A stretch of 62,559 nt of DNA, counting the filler, from Craspedostauros australis (Eukaryota): the NCBI GenBank assembly GCA_030167865.1. It is 8 parts of 8 records of this genome, joined end to end, with 100 filler letters (N's around TTAATTAATTAA, not from the genome) between each part and the next. Parts side by side here need not be neighbours in the genome. Positions count along the whole stretch, not along the records: positions 7,741 to 16,260 come from JALAGF010006697.1; positions 16,361 to 22,304 come from JALAGF010006698.1; 6 more parts are not named here. The stretch is one strand, 5' to 3'. A program made the position numbers and the translations under genes. Below the pieces are notes generated by a model. That model saw only the letters and a list, made by a program, of their open reading frames with translations. It ran no database searches and was not told where the DNA came from. Below, in pieces: positions 11,031 through 22,404 of this stretch. The number at the start of each line of letters is the position of its first letter. Position 1 is the first letter of the stretch.

Positions 11031-14000
11031 AAATAAATAAATAAATAACTCAAGGATTAAACCCTCTTATGAGGCTGCGCCGGTGGCGCTTTTCTCCGCC
11101 TCCTTTAATCTTCGCGCAGGGCGCGAAGGGAGCACGGAATCCATGTATCGTTTTGCATGTAGTGTGTATACCTTACTCGCCCACTGTTGATGCGCCTGCG
11201 CCTTCGCCGGGGGCCGGGTGAGCTTGCCGCCTGAACTGCAGCCACTTGAGCAGGGCACCAGAGGCGGCCGGCTCTTGTAGCTTTAGTGCAGCCTGCTCCA
11301 CCCATACCGCGACTTGCGCTGCTGGCGTCCCCACAGCGGGGGCACTGAGCAGTATTCGCCTGTGATCGGCTGGATCCGTCTCGAGGCGAAGCTGAAGTGA
11401 TTGTGCCCTGTCGCGCAGAGCTTGGACCATTTCAGCTTCGGCCGAGTCTTGATTCTCAAAAAGTGCTTCGTTTCTCGCCGCCCAATGCTCCCATGCTATC
11501 TGCCAGATGCGCCGCACGAGCTGCCGGGACCACTTCGCCGCGGACCTGCGAGAGCGCTGCTGCTCCAAGTACTCTTGCTGCATCTGCTCCCAGTGCTGGA
11601 CCAGCAGCCCTTTCCGCAACGCTTGGGGCCCCACTGCTTGCTGCTGCTGAACGGCTTCGTGGGGCTGGCTGCCTGGGCTGGTGATCTGTAGGAACGCCGA
11701 GCCTTCAAGCTGACTCCGGAGGACGGTCATCATGCTGGCTATCAGCGCTGGCCGTGTTGGGTACTTCTGCAGCCATCTTCGAATCTCCGTTAGATGCTTC
11801 TTCGAAATCCGCCGACGGTCATGTCCAGGACATTCCCAGAAGTGCCGGACATCCTCACTTGCACCACAGCTGGGGCATTTGTCGGAGATCCGCATCCCCC
11901 ATCGTTTCATTCGCTTGCCAAATGGAGCTTCCCCTGTGACCAACTTGATCGTCAACGTGCGCTTGGAAATTTCGAGAACGGCGAGAGCGCTGCCGACGGT
12001 ATGCCAGGCAACAGGTAGGCCGCGATGGAGCACCCGGCGCGAGATCAGTACGTCAATCGCTTCCCGGCGTGCTTGGGCACCCGCCACCGCAGAATAGACC
12101 ACTTTTGTCAGCTTAGCCGATGCATTGAACGTCACTCGCTCGCCATGCACTTGCCCACTGTACGCCGCCACCTCCTGCATGGAAACTCTTGCGGATCCTG
12201 CTACTTTGTCGGCAATCACGTTCATTCGCGCCCACTTATCGAGCGAACCCCATCCCATCTGATCATCCTGGTGGCCTTTGACGTGCCGCCCTCGAATTGA
12301 GATTGGTACTTCCATGCTGAGGCTTCTGACCGCTCGTAGCAAATCTGCGTCGGTGGACGAGGGAGACAGCCGCCACTCTGGGTCCAGCGCCTTGAGGGCG
12401 CCGATGTTGTCGCACCCCACCTCCACGCTGCCGTCGTCAATCCCATACACTTCACAGATCACCGCAAGAATCGTCAGAACCCCGTAGATCCCAGCGAGCT
12501 CCGCTCGGTGAGACTGCATAGTACCGTCGGTGGCTGGCGCAAGATTAGCGACCAATACCTGCGCGGTACTGCTGCCGTAATTGGCGAGTATCACCGCTCC
12601 AGACGCGCCCGTTCCTTGCGCAACCGACCCGTCGCTGCAGGCCACCGCTGATCCCTGTCGCACAGACCGGGCCACTGTTTCCCAAGCTCCCGTTTTCCCG
12701 TATTGCTGCACCGCCCATGCTCTCGAGCGTGGCAGGGCTAGTATGGCTGCTTCCACTGTACTGGCGCTTTCTGGCTGTGAAATGCTGCCCTCTCCCGTTC
12801 CTGTGACAACAATCCTGCCCCGCTCGCGATACCCGTCCACCACCTTCGATGGCCGTCGCATGCTGGCGTTGGCCAACTCATACAGCTTTCGTCTTCCGCG
12901 CCTCGGCACTCTGATGTAGCATTGACTTGGTTGCTGCTGATTGTGAAGTCTGTCACTTTCAGAATCCCAGAAGACTAGCGGTTGCTGCGATGTGAACCCC
13001 TTCCAATGCCCGAGAGGCTGCGCCAGACGCGCTGCACCTGTTCTGGAGGCTTGGAATATTTGTCGAATGGCTTGGCTCCACAGCCGCCAACACTTTGGCT
13101 CGAGCTCCCCCACTGGCGGCCAGCGGAGGCATGTGGACCGCAGAGGGATCCCCCCTGGACTCAGTGCGGACGGGAGGAGTTGTGCCCCGTCGGCGGAGAC
13201 GATATCCGATAGCCAGAACACTTTCTGGGCTATTCTGCACAGGTTGATGACTCGCTGCTGCTGCGGATCAAACGCGAAGGCTTGGACGCGCTCCATGATC
13301 GGCGCGTCGTTTTGTCGAGGGGCGTGCAGTATCCCATTCTCCCACTGCACTGTGATGCCCACCTCGCGTGCCTCTATCCACACCGATTTCATCCACGAAT
13401 CGTCAGCCAGATGACTCCACTTCGCCGGGTCGCGGCAGAATACGTCTGGGGTGCCCACTTGCAGCGTCAGAAGTTCGACCTGCGTGCGCATCAGTTTCCC
13501 TGTCAGCGTTGGCTGTTGCCAGTGTCGTGCCAGCTGCTCGAGATGCCTCGTGACTTGCACATAGTAAAGGTGGTGCACTCCAAGTCCCATACCTTCGTGC
13601 GGCCCAAACACCAATTTCCTGGATACATTGCGCTGGACCCCAGCTGCTGGCAGTGCTGCCGCTAGAACGGGACGCATGATTCTCTCGGCCGCTGCCTTTG
13701 TGAACGTCGAGCTGGACAATGGATATTCCAGAGCTTTCNNNNNNNNNNNNNNNNNNNNNNNNNNNNNNNNNNNNNNNNNNNNNNNNNNCGCCGGGTCGCG
13801 GCAGAATACGTCTGGGGTGCCCACTTGCAGCGTCAGAAGTTCGACCTGCGTGCGCATCAGTTTCCCTGTCAGTGTTGGCTGTTGCCAGTGTCGTGTCAGC
13901 TGCTCGAGATGCCTCGTGACTTGCACGTAGTAGAGGTGGTGCACTCCAAGCCCCATACCTTCGTGCGGCCCGAACACCAATTTCCTGGATACGTTGCGCT

Positions 14001-16260
14001 GGACCCCAGCTGTTGGCAGCGCTGCCGCTAGAACGGGACGCATGATTCTCTCGGCCGCTGCCTTTGTGAACGTCGAGCTGGACAATGGATATTCCAGAGC
14101 TTTCCATATTGTGGACTTCATTGCTATCCATGCATGGGTCCTCAGCATTCGTCCTCGTCGCATTTTGTCTGCCCATTTCTCGGCTTTAGCCGTGTAGTAC
14201 AACTCATTGTCTTTCTGGTTCCCGTCGTGGCGCACCATGACTCCCAGAGCTTTTCGTGCTTGGTCCACCCGAAGCCTGAGAAGTGTGGACCGCTCCTGGC
14301 TATCTGGCTGACGGATACTGATGTCCCCTGGCTGTTCCTCGATAGTCTTGTATCTCCACCGAGTGCCTTCCCACTTGAACGACATCAAGTACCAATAGCT
14401 TTTCCGCGGTTCCAATGCCCCGCCGGTTGCCCGTAGCATGCCCTCCCACGCGTCGACCACCTGCTGAATTTCTGCGACACAGCCTTCCTGGTCGCTTGGT
14501 TCTGCCCTGACGGAGTGAATGAGGTCCGTGTCGTCCACAAACGAGAAGCACACCAGCTTGGCTGTCACTTGCTGCGTTGGACTGACCGACGTGAATCCGT
14601 ACCCTTTCTCAGACATTGCGGCCATGATTGGCGAGCTCATCGCCACCCACCCAGCCGGCGATATGCCGAGACCTTGGAGCAGGCCTTGTAGCTTGGAGCC
14701 GCGATGGGGGTATGTGTGCGTGGATTTTCCGAAACCCGTCAGCACGTGGTGCTTCATCGCTTGGATAGCGGTCGTCACGCTTCGCCCCACCGTTGTGGGC
14801 ACCCCAATTCTTTTCATGCTGAGCTCCAGCAGCACGTGTGCCATCCGGTCGTAACAGCTCTTGGCGTCGTTCGAGCATATACAGCTTGTGGCCGCTGTGA
14901 TTCTGATGATATCGTCTGTCATTCTGTTGTTGAGACTGACTTCTGCTGCGCTTCGCTGTTTTCTGCTCCCGTATTGCTCATCTGGCAGCATCCGGTGGTC
15001 CTCTGCGTGTCTCATCATGATCTTTCCGATCCATTTGAGATTAGCGTTGAAATCTCCTTCTACGAGGCTGATGGTGCGGAATCTGGAAACTCGGAAGTTT
15101 CCTGGCTCCTTCAGAAGCGTCACATCGGTACACACCAGCCATCTGGACAGATTATAACCCGTCCGAAGCGATATCTCTCTCATGATCGCGTCCACCTCAG
15201 CCAGATCGTTGCATTTTGCATTTGCCTTCCAGAGACCGAAATGTAGTCCTGACGGGCCCGACGTGGTCTTTTCGCGTGCCTTGGACCACAGCTGTTGATG
15301 ACTGGCCGTGGTGATGTTGAGATCTTCCTCTTTCCATGGTATGACGTCCGTCTTGCTGAGTTCGTCGAGCAGCTGCTGGTCGTAGATACCGAGCTTGCTG
15401 CGGTGCCGTCGTCGGGTGGCTGGCAAACTCATCCTTTGTACATCCCTGGCGAAAGCTGCATGCTGTAGGGGAGTCACATAGGCTTGTCTGTACTTAGCCT
15501 CGTTGGCTTTCATACATTGAGCGATGACCGTCTGTTCTCTGTCGTACACCTCTTCTTCCCCTTCCTCGTTGTTCGCGATAACCAATGTCACTTTGCTGTT
15601 TGCATCGTAGTCCCCGATCACTTGCCTGATGGCCTTGAACGTCGCCACCACTTCTTCTCTCTTTTGGATGGATATGAGAGCTGCTTCCGCGGTGATGTTT
15701 CCTTCTCTGGCCACTTCTTCCGCCCATGACTGCAGGAATGTCGCCCTGTGCTTCTGCGCGTCCTTCTTAGCAAGCTTCCACTTCTTATGCGCCCTTCGCC
15801 GCTTCTCGTCCAGGTCCTCCTTGCTGAGGATGGCAGTGCGGATCGTTATCCCTGCTTGTTTCTTTGCTCGTTCATACCATCGAGAGCTCACCTTTTTTCC
15901 TTCCCGCCGTTTCCATGCCAGGTTCCAGAACTGCTTCTCCATGGCTTTCTGCTTTATGATTGGAGAGAATGGAACCTTGCCTGTGTATATTTTCCGGGCC
16001 CCTTTTTCCGCGCTTAACATGATTCGCGTTCTGTCTGCGTCGATGGCTTCCATTTCTTCCCTCTGATCTTTCGTGAGCTGTTCTGACTTTCCCACCTCGG
16101 CTCGCAACTGACCGACTCTCTGAATCACGTCCTTACTCTTGTATTGCTTCAGGACTTCGGCTTGATACCTTCGGACTGTCACTGGTCGGTTGAGACGGAC
16201 CCGTCGCCCTTCGAATTTTTGCGTAGGCTTGCTGGCCGTTCCGAACACTGATTCTTGTGC
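11031..16260 (-). mobile_element. Non-LTR retrotransposon, Ambal-like (RT + RNase H + CCHC), 5'-truncated by scaffold end
   Basis: Long ORF, a ~140-nt 3' UTR and a (TTTA)n tail at 11031-11048. Confidence 0.85.
11173..16248 (-). CDS. LINE ORF2-like polyprotein: reverse transcriptase, RNase H, C-terminal zinc knuckle (partial; includes an assembly-duplicated segment)
   Basis: TTSGPSGL, KEPG..FRTISL, EQYGSRK, SNDAKSCYDR, LLQG...SP, FVDDTDL; RNase H SDGS..RAEL..CDN..HVKGHQD..NVIAD; CPSCGASEDVRHFWEC. Confidence 0.92.
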   Translation of the reverse strand: MFGTASKPTQKFEGRRVRLNRPVTVRRYQAEVLKQYKSKDVIQRVGQLRAEVGKSEQLTKDQREEMEAIDADRTRIMLSAEKGARKIYTGKVPFSPIIKQKAMEKQFWNLAWKRREGKKVSSRWYERAKKQAGITIRTAILSKEDLDEKRRRAHKKWKLAKKDAQKHRATFLQSWAEEVAREGNITAEAALISIQKREEVVATFKAIRQVIGDYDANSKVTLVIANNEEGEEEVYDREQTVIAQCMKANEAKYRQAYVTPLQHAAFARDVQRMSLPATRRRHRSKLGIYDQQLLDELSKTDVIPWKEEDLNITTASHQQLWSKAREKTTSGPSGLHFGLWKANAKCNDLAEVDAIMREISLRTGYNLSRWLVCTDVTLLKEPGNFRVSRFRTISLVEGDFNANLKWIGKIMMRHAEDHRMLPDEQYGSRKQRSAAEVSLNNRMTDDIIRITAATSCICSNDAKSCYDRMAHVLLELSMKRIGVPTTVGRSVTTAIQAMKHHVLTGFGKSTHTYPHRGSKLQGLLQGLGISPAGWVAMSSPIMAAMSEKGYGFTSVSPTQQVTAKLVCFSFVDDTDLIHSVRAEPSDQEGCVAEIQQVVDAWEGMLRATGGALEPRKSYWYLMSFKWEGTRWRYKTIEEQPGDISIRQPDSQERSTLLRLRVDQARKALGVMVRHDGNQKDNELYYTAKAEKWADKMRRGRMLRTHAWIAMKSTIWKALEYPLSSSTFTKAAAERIMRPVLAAALPTAGVQRNVSRKLVFGPHEGMGLGVHHLYYVQVTRHLEQLTRHWQQPTLTGKLMRTQVELLTLQVGTPDVFCRDPAXXXXXXXXXXXXXXXXXKALEYPLSSSTFTKAAAERIMRPVLAAALPAAGVQRNVSRKLVFGPHEGMGLGVHHLYYVQVTRHLEQLARHWQQPTLTGKLMRTQVELLTLQVGTPDVFCRDPAKWSHLADDSWMKSVWIEAREVGITVQWENGILHAPRQNDAPIMERVQAFAFDPQQQRVINLCRIAQKVFWLSDIVSADGAQLLPSALSPGGIPLRSTCLRWPPVGELEPKCWRLWSQAIRQIFQASRTGAARLAQPLGHWKGFTSQQPLVFWDSESDRLHNQQQPSQCYIRVPRRGRRKLYELANASMRRPSKVVDGYRERGRIVVTGTGEGSISQPESASTVEAAILALPRSRAWAVQQYGKTGAWETVARSVRQGSAVACSDGSVAQGTGASGAVILANYGSSTAQVLVANLAPATDGTMQSHRAELAGIYGVLTILAVICEVYGIDDGSVEVGCDNIGALKALDPEWRLSPSSTDADLLRAVRSLSMEVPISIRGRHVKGHQDDQMGWGSLDKWARMNVIADKVAGSARVSMQEVAAYSGQVHGERVTFNASAKLTKVVYSAVAGAQARREAIDVLISRRVLHRGLPVAWHTVGSALAVLEISKRTLTIKLVTGEAPFGKRMKRWGMRISDKCPSCGASEDVRHFWECPGHDRRRISKKHLTEIRRWLQKYPTRPALIASMMTVLRSQLEGSAFLQITSPGSQPHEAVQQQQAVGPQALRKGLLVQHWEQMQQEYLEQQRSRRSAAKWSRQLVRRIWQIAWEHWAARNEALFENQDSAEAEMVQALRDRAQSLQLRLETDPADHRRILLSAPAVGTPAAQVAVWVEQAALKLQEPAASGALLKWLQFRRQAHPAPGEGAGASTVGE

Positions 16261-16360
16261 NNNNNNNNNNNNNNNNNNNNNNNNNNNNNNNNNNNNNNNN
16301 NNNNTTAATTAATTAANNNNNNNNNNNNNNNNNNNNNNNNNNNNNNNNNNNNNNNNNNNN

Positions 16361-16667
16361 CTTTACTCCGACACATGATTTTCGGCATAAGAGGGACACA
16401 CTAGGGAGAACATCAGAGATTCGGTCTGGCCATCGCCCGGAAAAAAGGTGATGCCCAATTTGACCTGATATACTTCCCAACTAAACCTGAAATGACAACA
16501 CACCCGACGACCTCAAGCATCATCAATGGAATGTGGAATCGACAGAGCCATGGAACGGTGATGAGTGACGTCGACACAGAAGACATCATCGCCACATCAT
16601 GGGTCATCTCCACATCAGAACAAGATCGGATTCGAGGTGCAATGACTGAGAGCTGACCTTGAAGACA
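16361..16667 (-). repeat. Diverged fragment of LTR family B, inverted relative to 52411 and 54085
   Basis: TACTTCCCAACTAAACCT and TCTCCACATCAGAACA are reverse complements of motifs near 52940 and 54445-54595. Confidence 0.6.
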
Positions 16668-17107
16668 NNNNNNNNNNNNNNNNNNNNNNNNNNNNNNNNN
16701 NNNNNNNNNNNNNNNNNNNNNNNNNNNNNNNNNNNNNNNNACCAGCTTGTCACCCTCGTCCTGAAAGACTTGATCTCTCTTGAAGGACTCGTGTGATTTC
16801 GCTGTGTACGATAACGAGATAACAGCAGTTGTGTCGCAACACCACATCAGCATGTGACGTCATTTCTCTGGGACACCCGGCAAGTGCATCAAATACATCA
16901 GTTTACGACTAGTACGACCCCAAAGTGCTTTTTGTCATTTTTTGTGTTTCTTCGTTGTTTGTGAGATGTTGACAAAGCAATGTCGCAGCGACGTCTTCGT
17001 TTGATTCATCGATATTACCACTTTATCAATAGGTGTTACTCGGACAAATTTAGTCATTACTTCCGTTTGGTTGAAGTGTCATCGAGTCCCGTCGAACCTG
17101 CTTCCTT

Positions 17108-17164
17108 TTGCATTTAATGCACTTGGAGTGCATTAAATGCATTTGGAGTGCATTAAATGCACTT
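17108..17164. repeat. Tandem 20-bp units containing the near-palindrome TGCATTAAATGCA (second array at 19241-19297)
   Basis: Three units per array, each array ~240 bp from one TIR of the Harbinger element. Confidence 0.85.
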
Positions 17165-18712
17165 CATCGGTTTTGCTGTCAACAATTCGTGAATGGATCC
17201 TCCTGGCGTGAACTCGCCACATCCAACCGCTGGGCGCAAAACTGGTGGTTGCATGAGCCAGACGACTGTTTCACAAACGGAAGGTGGTCGTAGTGAGCAA
17301 GAACAATTCTCCTGCTGCCAATTCAGTGGTTCTTGTAAGCCCCATGCTGCGTACCATCGTGGTTTCTGTAAACCCCATGCTGGGTACCATCGTGTTTTCC
17401 TGAAGATACATAATCGGACAACTCTACTTTCTTAGATAGCGATGTACCGTGTTGTCAACTAGGGTTAGACATATTTAGCTATATGTCTACGACACCGATA
17501 CTGGCTGGCTTGTCCTCAACGCGGACAAAAATCATGACGTCATTGACGGTCGATGACAGACCGAAATTGTATTCAATGGTGTGGATGGTGATGTTGTGAC
17601 AGGTCTGGTGACAGGTCCGGTGTCACGCTGTTGGTGATTTGGCTCCTTTGGGTGTTTCCTCCTCCCGGTGTTGTGTCAAGCAGCAAAGCATTGGTGGTGT
17701 CATCCCTACATGTCGGCCACACCAGCCACACGTGTGAATGCTACACAACATAATATTATGTAATGTAATGGAGGGCAGTGACTTATCCTTTGCTATGCAC
17801 AACAAAATACAATACTAAATAATACTTGGCTAGTTTGTGAATGTTCTACAAAGTCCTGTGCAATCTGCTTTGTCCCCCTTGGACATGGGATGCCATGATC
17901 ATCTGCTGAGCTGTTGACATGGTGCAGAAAAGGACTGGTGACAGTAGTGTTGTTATCCTTGTTGTTTCTTGCATCATGATTCAAGTGCTTGTGGATTCAA
18001 TACCACTAAAACAAAAAGTATAGAGGGGGAGCAGATGAGCAACGGTTCGAAGCCAATGATGGCCATTGGCAACGACGAGCAGAGAGGAGGTCCAAACACA
18101 CAGGCAGGGAATAGACCTGAAGCAAGGACAAGGCTGTACTATAGAGTAGGTATATGGAGGGAAGGCAGCATGTGCTGATTGAGANNNNNNNNNNNNNNNN
18201 NNTCCTGGACCATGAACAGCAGCAGACCAAGAACAAGGCATGATGCAGGTCAAGTTAAGGGTGAGGGCAAAGGTTGAATTGGGGTGTACCATCCTTGGGT
18301 AGCATGGAGCCTGCAACCCGCTCACCACCATATGTATTCTTCTCCACATGGATTCCATTGATCCAAAGCCCAGACAAAGCAGCAGCCTCGGCATGCCCAC
18401 CGCCACCACGCAATCCTCAACATTTTGTTACAAGTAACCGCCTCACCCACGTGAAATGTGAGTGTGTCGATGATAGACACGACTGGACAGCATGTCGAAA
18501 CACGACTGACGATTCCGAACCTTATTTGCCCTCCACCGTCCGCACGCTTGACGGTTATAGGCAAAGGCTAATGCGAAATATATAACTTTGTAACTATAAG
18601 GCTGAGGAGTCTATAACTTCACGCACACCCAATAAAGCATAACAGGATGAATTCAGTGCTATAACATTGCATAATAACGAAGTTACAATCGTATCCTGAA
18701 TGGGTCTTGTGC

Positions 18713-19039
18713 TCACGCTGGGTCCACACAGCAAACAACTCGAGTCTGTTGTCTATTTGGCGTTGGAGAATCACACACAGAGCCTCGAATGGGNNNNNNN
18801 NNNNNNNNNNNNNNNNNNNNNNNNNNNNNNNNNNNNNNNNNNNGCTCACGCTGGGTCCACACAGCAAACAACTCGAGTCTGTTGTCTATTTGGCGTTGGA
18901 GAATCACACACAGAGCCTCGAATGGGTGGGTGCACATGGCACTGGTGGCCATTACGAACAGTGTCGCTCGTGGTCTTCAAGTTCTTGATTCGGCAGTTCA
19001 AGCGCTCGTGTCGGCAACGAGCGCGGCTCTTGAACTTCG
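18713..19039 (-). pseudogene. Harbinger/IS5-type (DDE_Tnp_4-like) transposase C-terminal remnant
   Basis: KFKSRARCRHERLNCRIKNLK then, after a frameshift, HPFEALCVILQRQIDNRLELF, resembling the R.R.RHE..N.R.K and H...F.A..V..Q...D...LF tail of this family. Confidence 0.7.
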
Positions 19040-20147
19040 CACCATCTTTTCGCAAAAAANNNNNNNNNNNNNNNNNNNNNNNNNNNNNNNNNNNNNNNNN
19101 NNNNNNNNNNNNNNNNNNNNNNNNNNNNNNNNNNNNNNNNNNNNNNNNNNNNNNNNNNNNNNNNNNNNNNNNNNNNNNNNNNNNNNNNNNNNNNNNNNNN
19201 NNNNNNNNNNNNNNNNNNNNNNNNNNNNNNNNNNNNNNNNAGTGCATTAAATGCAATTGAAGTGCATTAAATGCATTTGGAGTGCATTAAATGCACTTTC
19301 AGTTGTGCATCAGATTGATTCGTGACTTAAACAACTACAGTTACAACGGCGGTCATTGGACACCAGTAGACGATCTCGTTAAATATAATACTTAACGATA
19401 CGACATCTACCGGTCATTTGAGCGAATGCAACGACACAGATTGTTGAGGCAAGACTAATTCGATTAAACAGCCTCGATTAATCTCTGTGGTCAAATGAGT
19501 CAAACAACGCCCGTTTCAATGGACTTGCCGGGTGTCCCTGAGTTGCTCAATGAGATACCTCCATCCCAGTATCAGATCTTCGTTCATTTTGTCTCCTTTC
19601 TGTTCGCAGCGATCATGTGAGCAAATACGAGCTTCGTGCGCATACTATAGGCTGGCTCGTCGCGTGCACGAGTCATCTTTTTTGGGAATGCCCTGCTGCG
19701 CATCATGATCGCAAACACAGCATTATTATCTGCACTGCATTAGAATACACGACTGCTTACCGCCACTATCAAGGTGCTCGATCTTACAGGGTTCGTCACA
19801 TTCTAGTTGCGTTCACCCAACGCTCTTGTATGCATCAAAGTTGTGTATGCTGTGCGTTGCACACTGGAACTTGCTCGTTTCGTTCTGACTTGTTGTTGTC
19901 AACGTCTCCGTGATGCACCTTACCAATTCCTCAGTGTGTAGCTTTGAATGAGAGCCTTCTATGTACTTGTTTGTTGGGGTTTTGTGTGCATGTTTGTATG
20001 CATCACTTGTTAGAAACTCCGCGCACGGAGATGGACTGAAGTCTTGCTGTTCTGTTGTTTGTTAGTTGTTATTGGTTGTAGGACGACAGGTGTTATGNNN
20101 NNNNNNNNNNNNNNNNNNNNNNNNNNNNNNNNNNNNNNNNNNNNNNN

Positions 20148-20225
20148 TGGCACATCGATCCAAATTTGTCACATCAATGTGAAGTGCCAAATTTGTCACA
20201 TCGGGGGCCCAAAATCTCATTAGGG
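20148..20225 (-). mobile_element. End of a second copy of the CCC/ATAT element
   Basis: Reverse complement of 6233-6310, again followed by ATAT (20226-20229). Confidence 0.85.
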
Positions 20226-22404
20226 ATATTGCGGATGGCACACATCTTTCCTGCATTTGGTGCGGTTCACAACCATCTCGAATTGCTCTTTCACTCGACA
20301 ATTCCTCCATGATGTTGCGTGTTGTTTCGGTCTGTTCATCGCACATTCCCATGTTGGTTTCTCATCAACTTCTTCTGAGATTCGCATCAACATTAAAAGT
20401 TTCATTCTTCTGTAGACTTCAGTACTAAGTCATTGTTCTTCTCTTGACATGAAGATTCCACGTCAGGATCGGAATCTTCTTCATACCACGTCACATAGTC
20501 GTCTGGTCACATTTTGTTGTTTTCCTCCTTGAGTCACGAGTGTTGAGTCACGAGTTCACAGTCTCACATTTTCTCGTTTGGTCGTCACCGACACACACAT
20601 CAGTGTCACGGTGATTGGAACGAAGCATCGAACACACACATTTTGACAGATCTCTACGGCTGCTGCGCCTCTGATTGCGACTTCCGATCGGACTTGAGCG
20701 GCTGCGTTCGCGACTGGCATGCTGACTTCTTGTGGCACGTAGTTGTTCGCTTTGTTGAACGTGTCGATGCTTGTCCAATCGGTTCGCGCGGTGATGGTGT
20801 TGGATCTCGCGTATGCGAAGATGCGGAGGATGTTGGTGATGTTGATTGATGACAGCGTTGGCAAAAGCGCCAATGCCGCCACGATGGTGACGTACGGATT
20901 GCGGATTGCACTATCGATTCTTCCGAGTTTCTCTCTGAGGAACGCCATCTCTTTGTCATCGAGCTGAACCAGCTCTTGGATGATCTTGTTGAAGGTGTTG
21001 ATGTTGGTTGGACGGTCCATGGTGATAGCTCGTAAGATGGTAAAAGGTGGTGTGGTGTTGGGTGTTGCTCAGTGTTGGTAAGCACAACTCTTAATCTGTC
21101 AAACATGTACAAGTAACTACGGAAGACGTATTGGCCCGTTGTTGCGTGCCCTGGTCGGAGCTCTTGCTGGTTATTTGTGAGTGTTGTCCGAAGACAACCT
21201 CCGACTAGTATTTGACTAGTACGATTAGTAAAGAAGTAAGAAGTAAGGAATTCAGTGAGAATTGTCAAAAATGATGGATGAAGGCGACCATGGCAAGAGA
21301 TGGAGATGATGCTGATGATGATGACGAATGGGAAGTGACGAAGAGCGATTGCAACTGTATCACATCGATCGGCGACATCAGAAAGGAAGATATCAAGGCA
21401 ATTGCATAGGTAAACAATCACATGAACAATCGCAGCACCAACAACAGTGCCATCAACAACGGTGCCATCAACAGTGGCACAAGACGCCATGCTTCCGTGA
21501 TAAACCCCGGATTCAAGTGATCAGCAGCAGCGCCCACGCTGGATGTGCTGTCGACAACTGAGATTCAATACCTGCTGGACGAGTGCATTCATGAGATCGG
21601 ACGCAGTAACTTCTTCGGGGCCTGTAAGCACCAGGTGTTCGGAGATACCCCTTCTATTACGCCACCACTGCACCCACCATTACCGCCAACGCCGGCTCAT
21701 GCTGAAGCTCAAAGCGATGCATCGCAGCCACAACTGCAAACGATGAGATGGAGGCACTGTATCATCGGATCCACAAGTCGGAGAAATCATCTGCTCCGGA
21801 ATCAGCAACTTTCCTATGGCTCGTCACCCTTGCCGGCCACATTGGGGCTCATGTGGCAGCTGGCGTGCGCTTGTGCCTTGCGTGATACCATCCAACAACG
21901 GCGGCGGCAACACCCACAAGCCGACAGTTGCAGTACATTCATCCCGCCCCGTCAAGTTGCAGTGGAGTACGACGATCCATGCATGACACCAGCGGATACC
22001 ACCATCCTTTTCCACACAACTCCATCCACATCATTGAAACCAACGAACGCGGAAAGCATTTGATTGGCGACGACGATCTCGGCGACAACAGCGGTGGCCA
22101 GACTATCGTCGTCATGCCGCACTGCCCAATGATGCTGTATGGTACACCAACGTGCTGTTCACTCACCAGGATCATCTGCTGCTCAGTGGCATGATCATCA
22201 GCAATGTATTGGCCAAAGAGCATGCCTTGCTGTCCAGCCAGTCAGGCTGTGCTGCGAATGATACGGTCGTGCATAGAACAGCACGCTGCGCGAGTCACCA
22301 AAGGNNNNNNNNNNNNNNNNNNNNNNNNNNNNNNNNNNNNNNNNNNNNTTAATTAATTAANNNNNNNNNNNNNNNNNNNNNNNNNNNNNNNNNNNNNNNN
22401 NNNN

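Larger units (their letters stand above)
16871..19537 (-). mobile_element. PIF/Harbinger (PHIS) element with CTG TSD
   Basis: CTG|GGACACCCGGCAAGT ... ACTTGCCGGGTGTCC|CTG; contains a DDE_Tnp_4-type C-terminal remnant. Several N gaps inside. Confidence 0.85.

Noticed and set aside
13420..14105. Internal tandem duplication in the LINE ORF
   Set aside because: Near-identical copies on either side of a 50-N gap, i.e. an unmerged contig overlap.
17108..17164. CRISPR-like array
   Set aside because: Contiguous 20-bp units without unique spacers, in a eukaryotic transposon context with no cas genes.
17460..17470. TAGGG as a hAT terminus (also 43488)
   Set aside because: Similarity between the two copies continues upstream of TAGGG, so it is not an element end.
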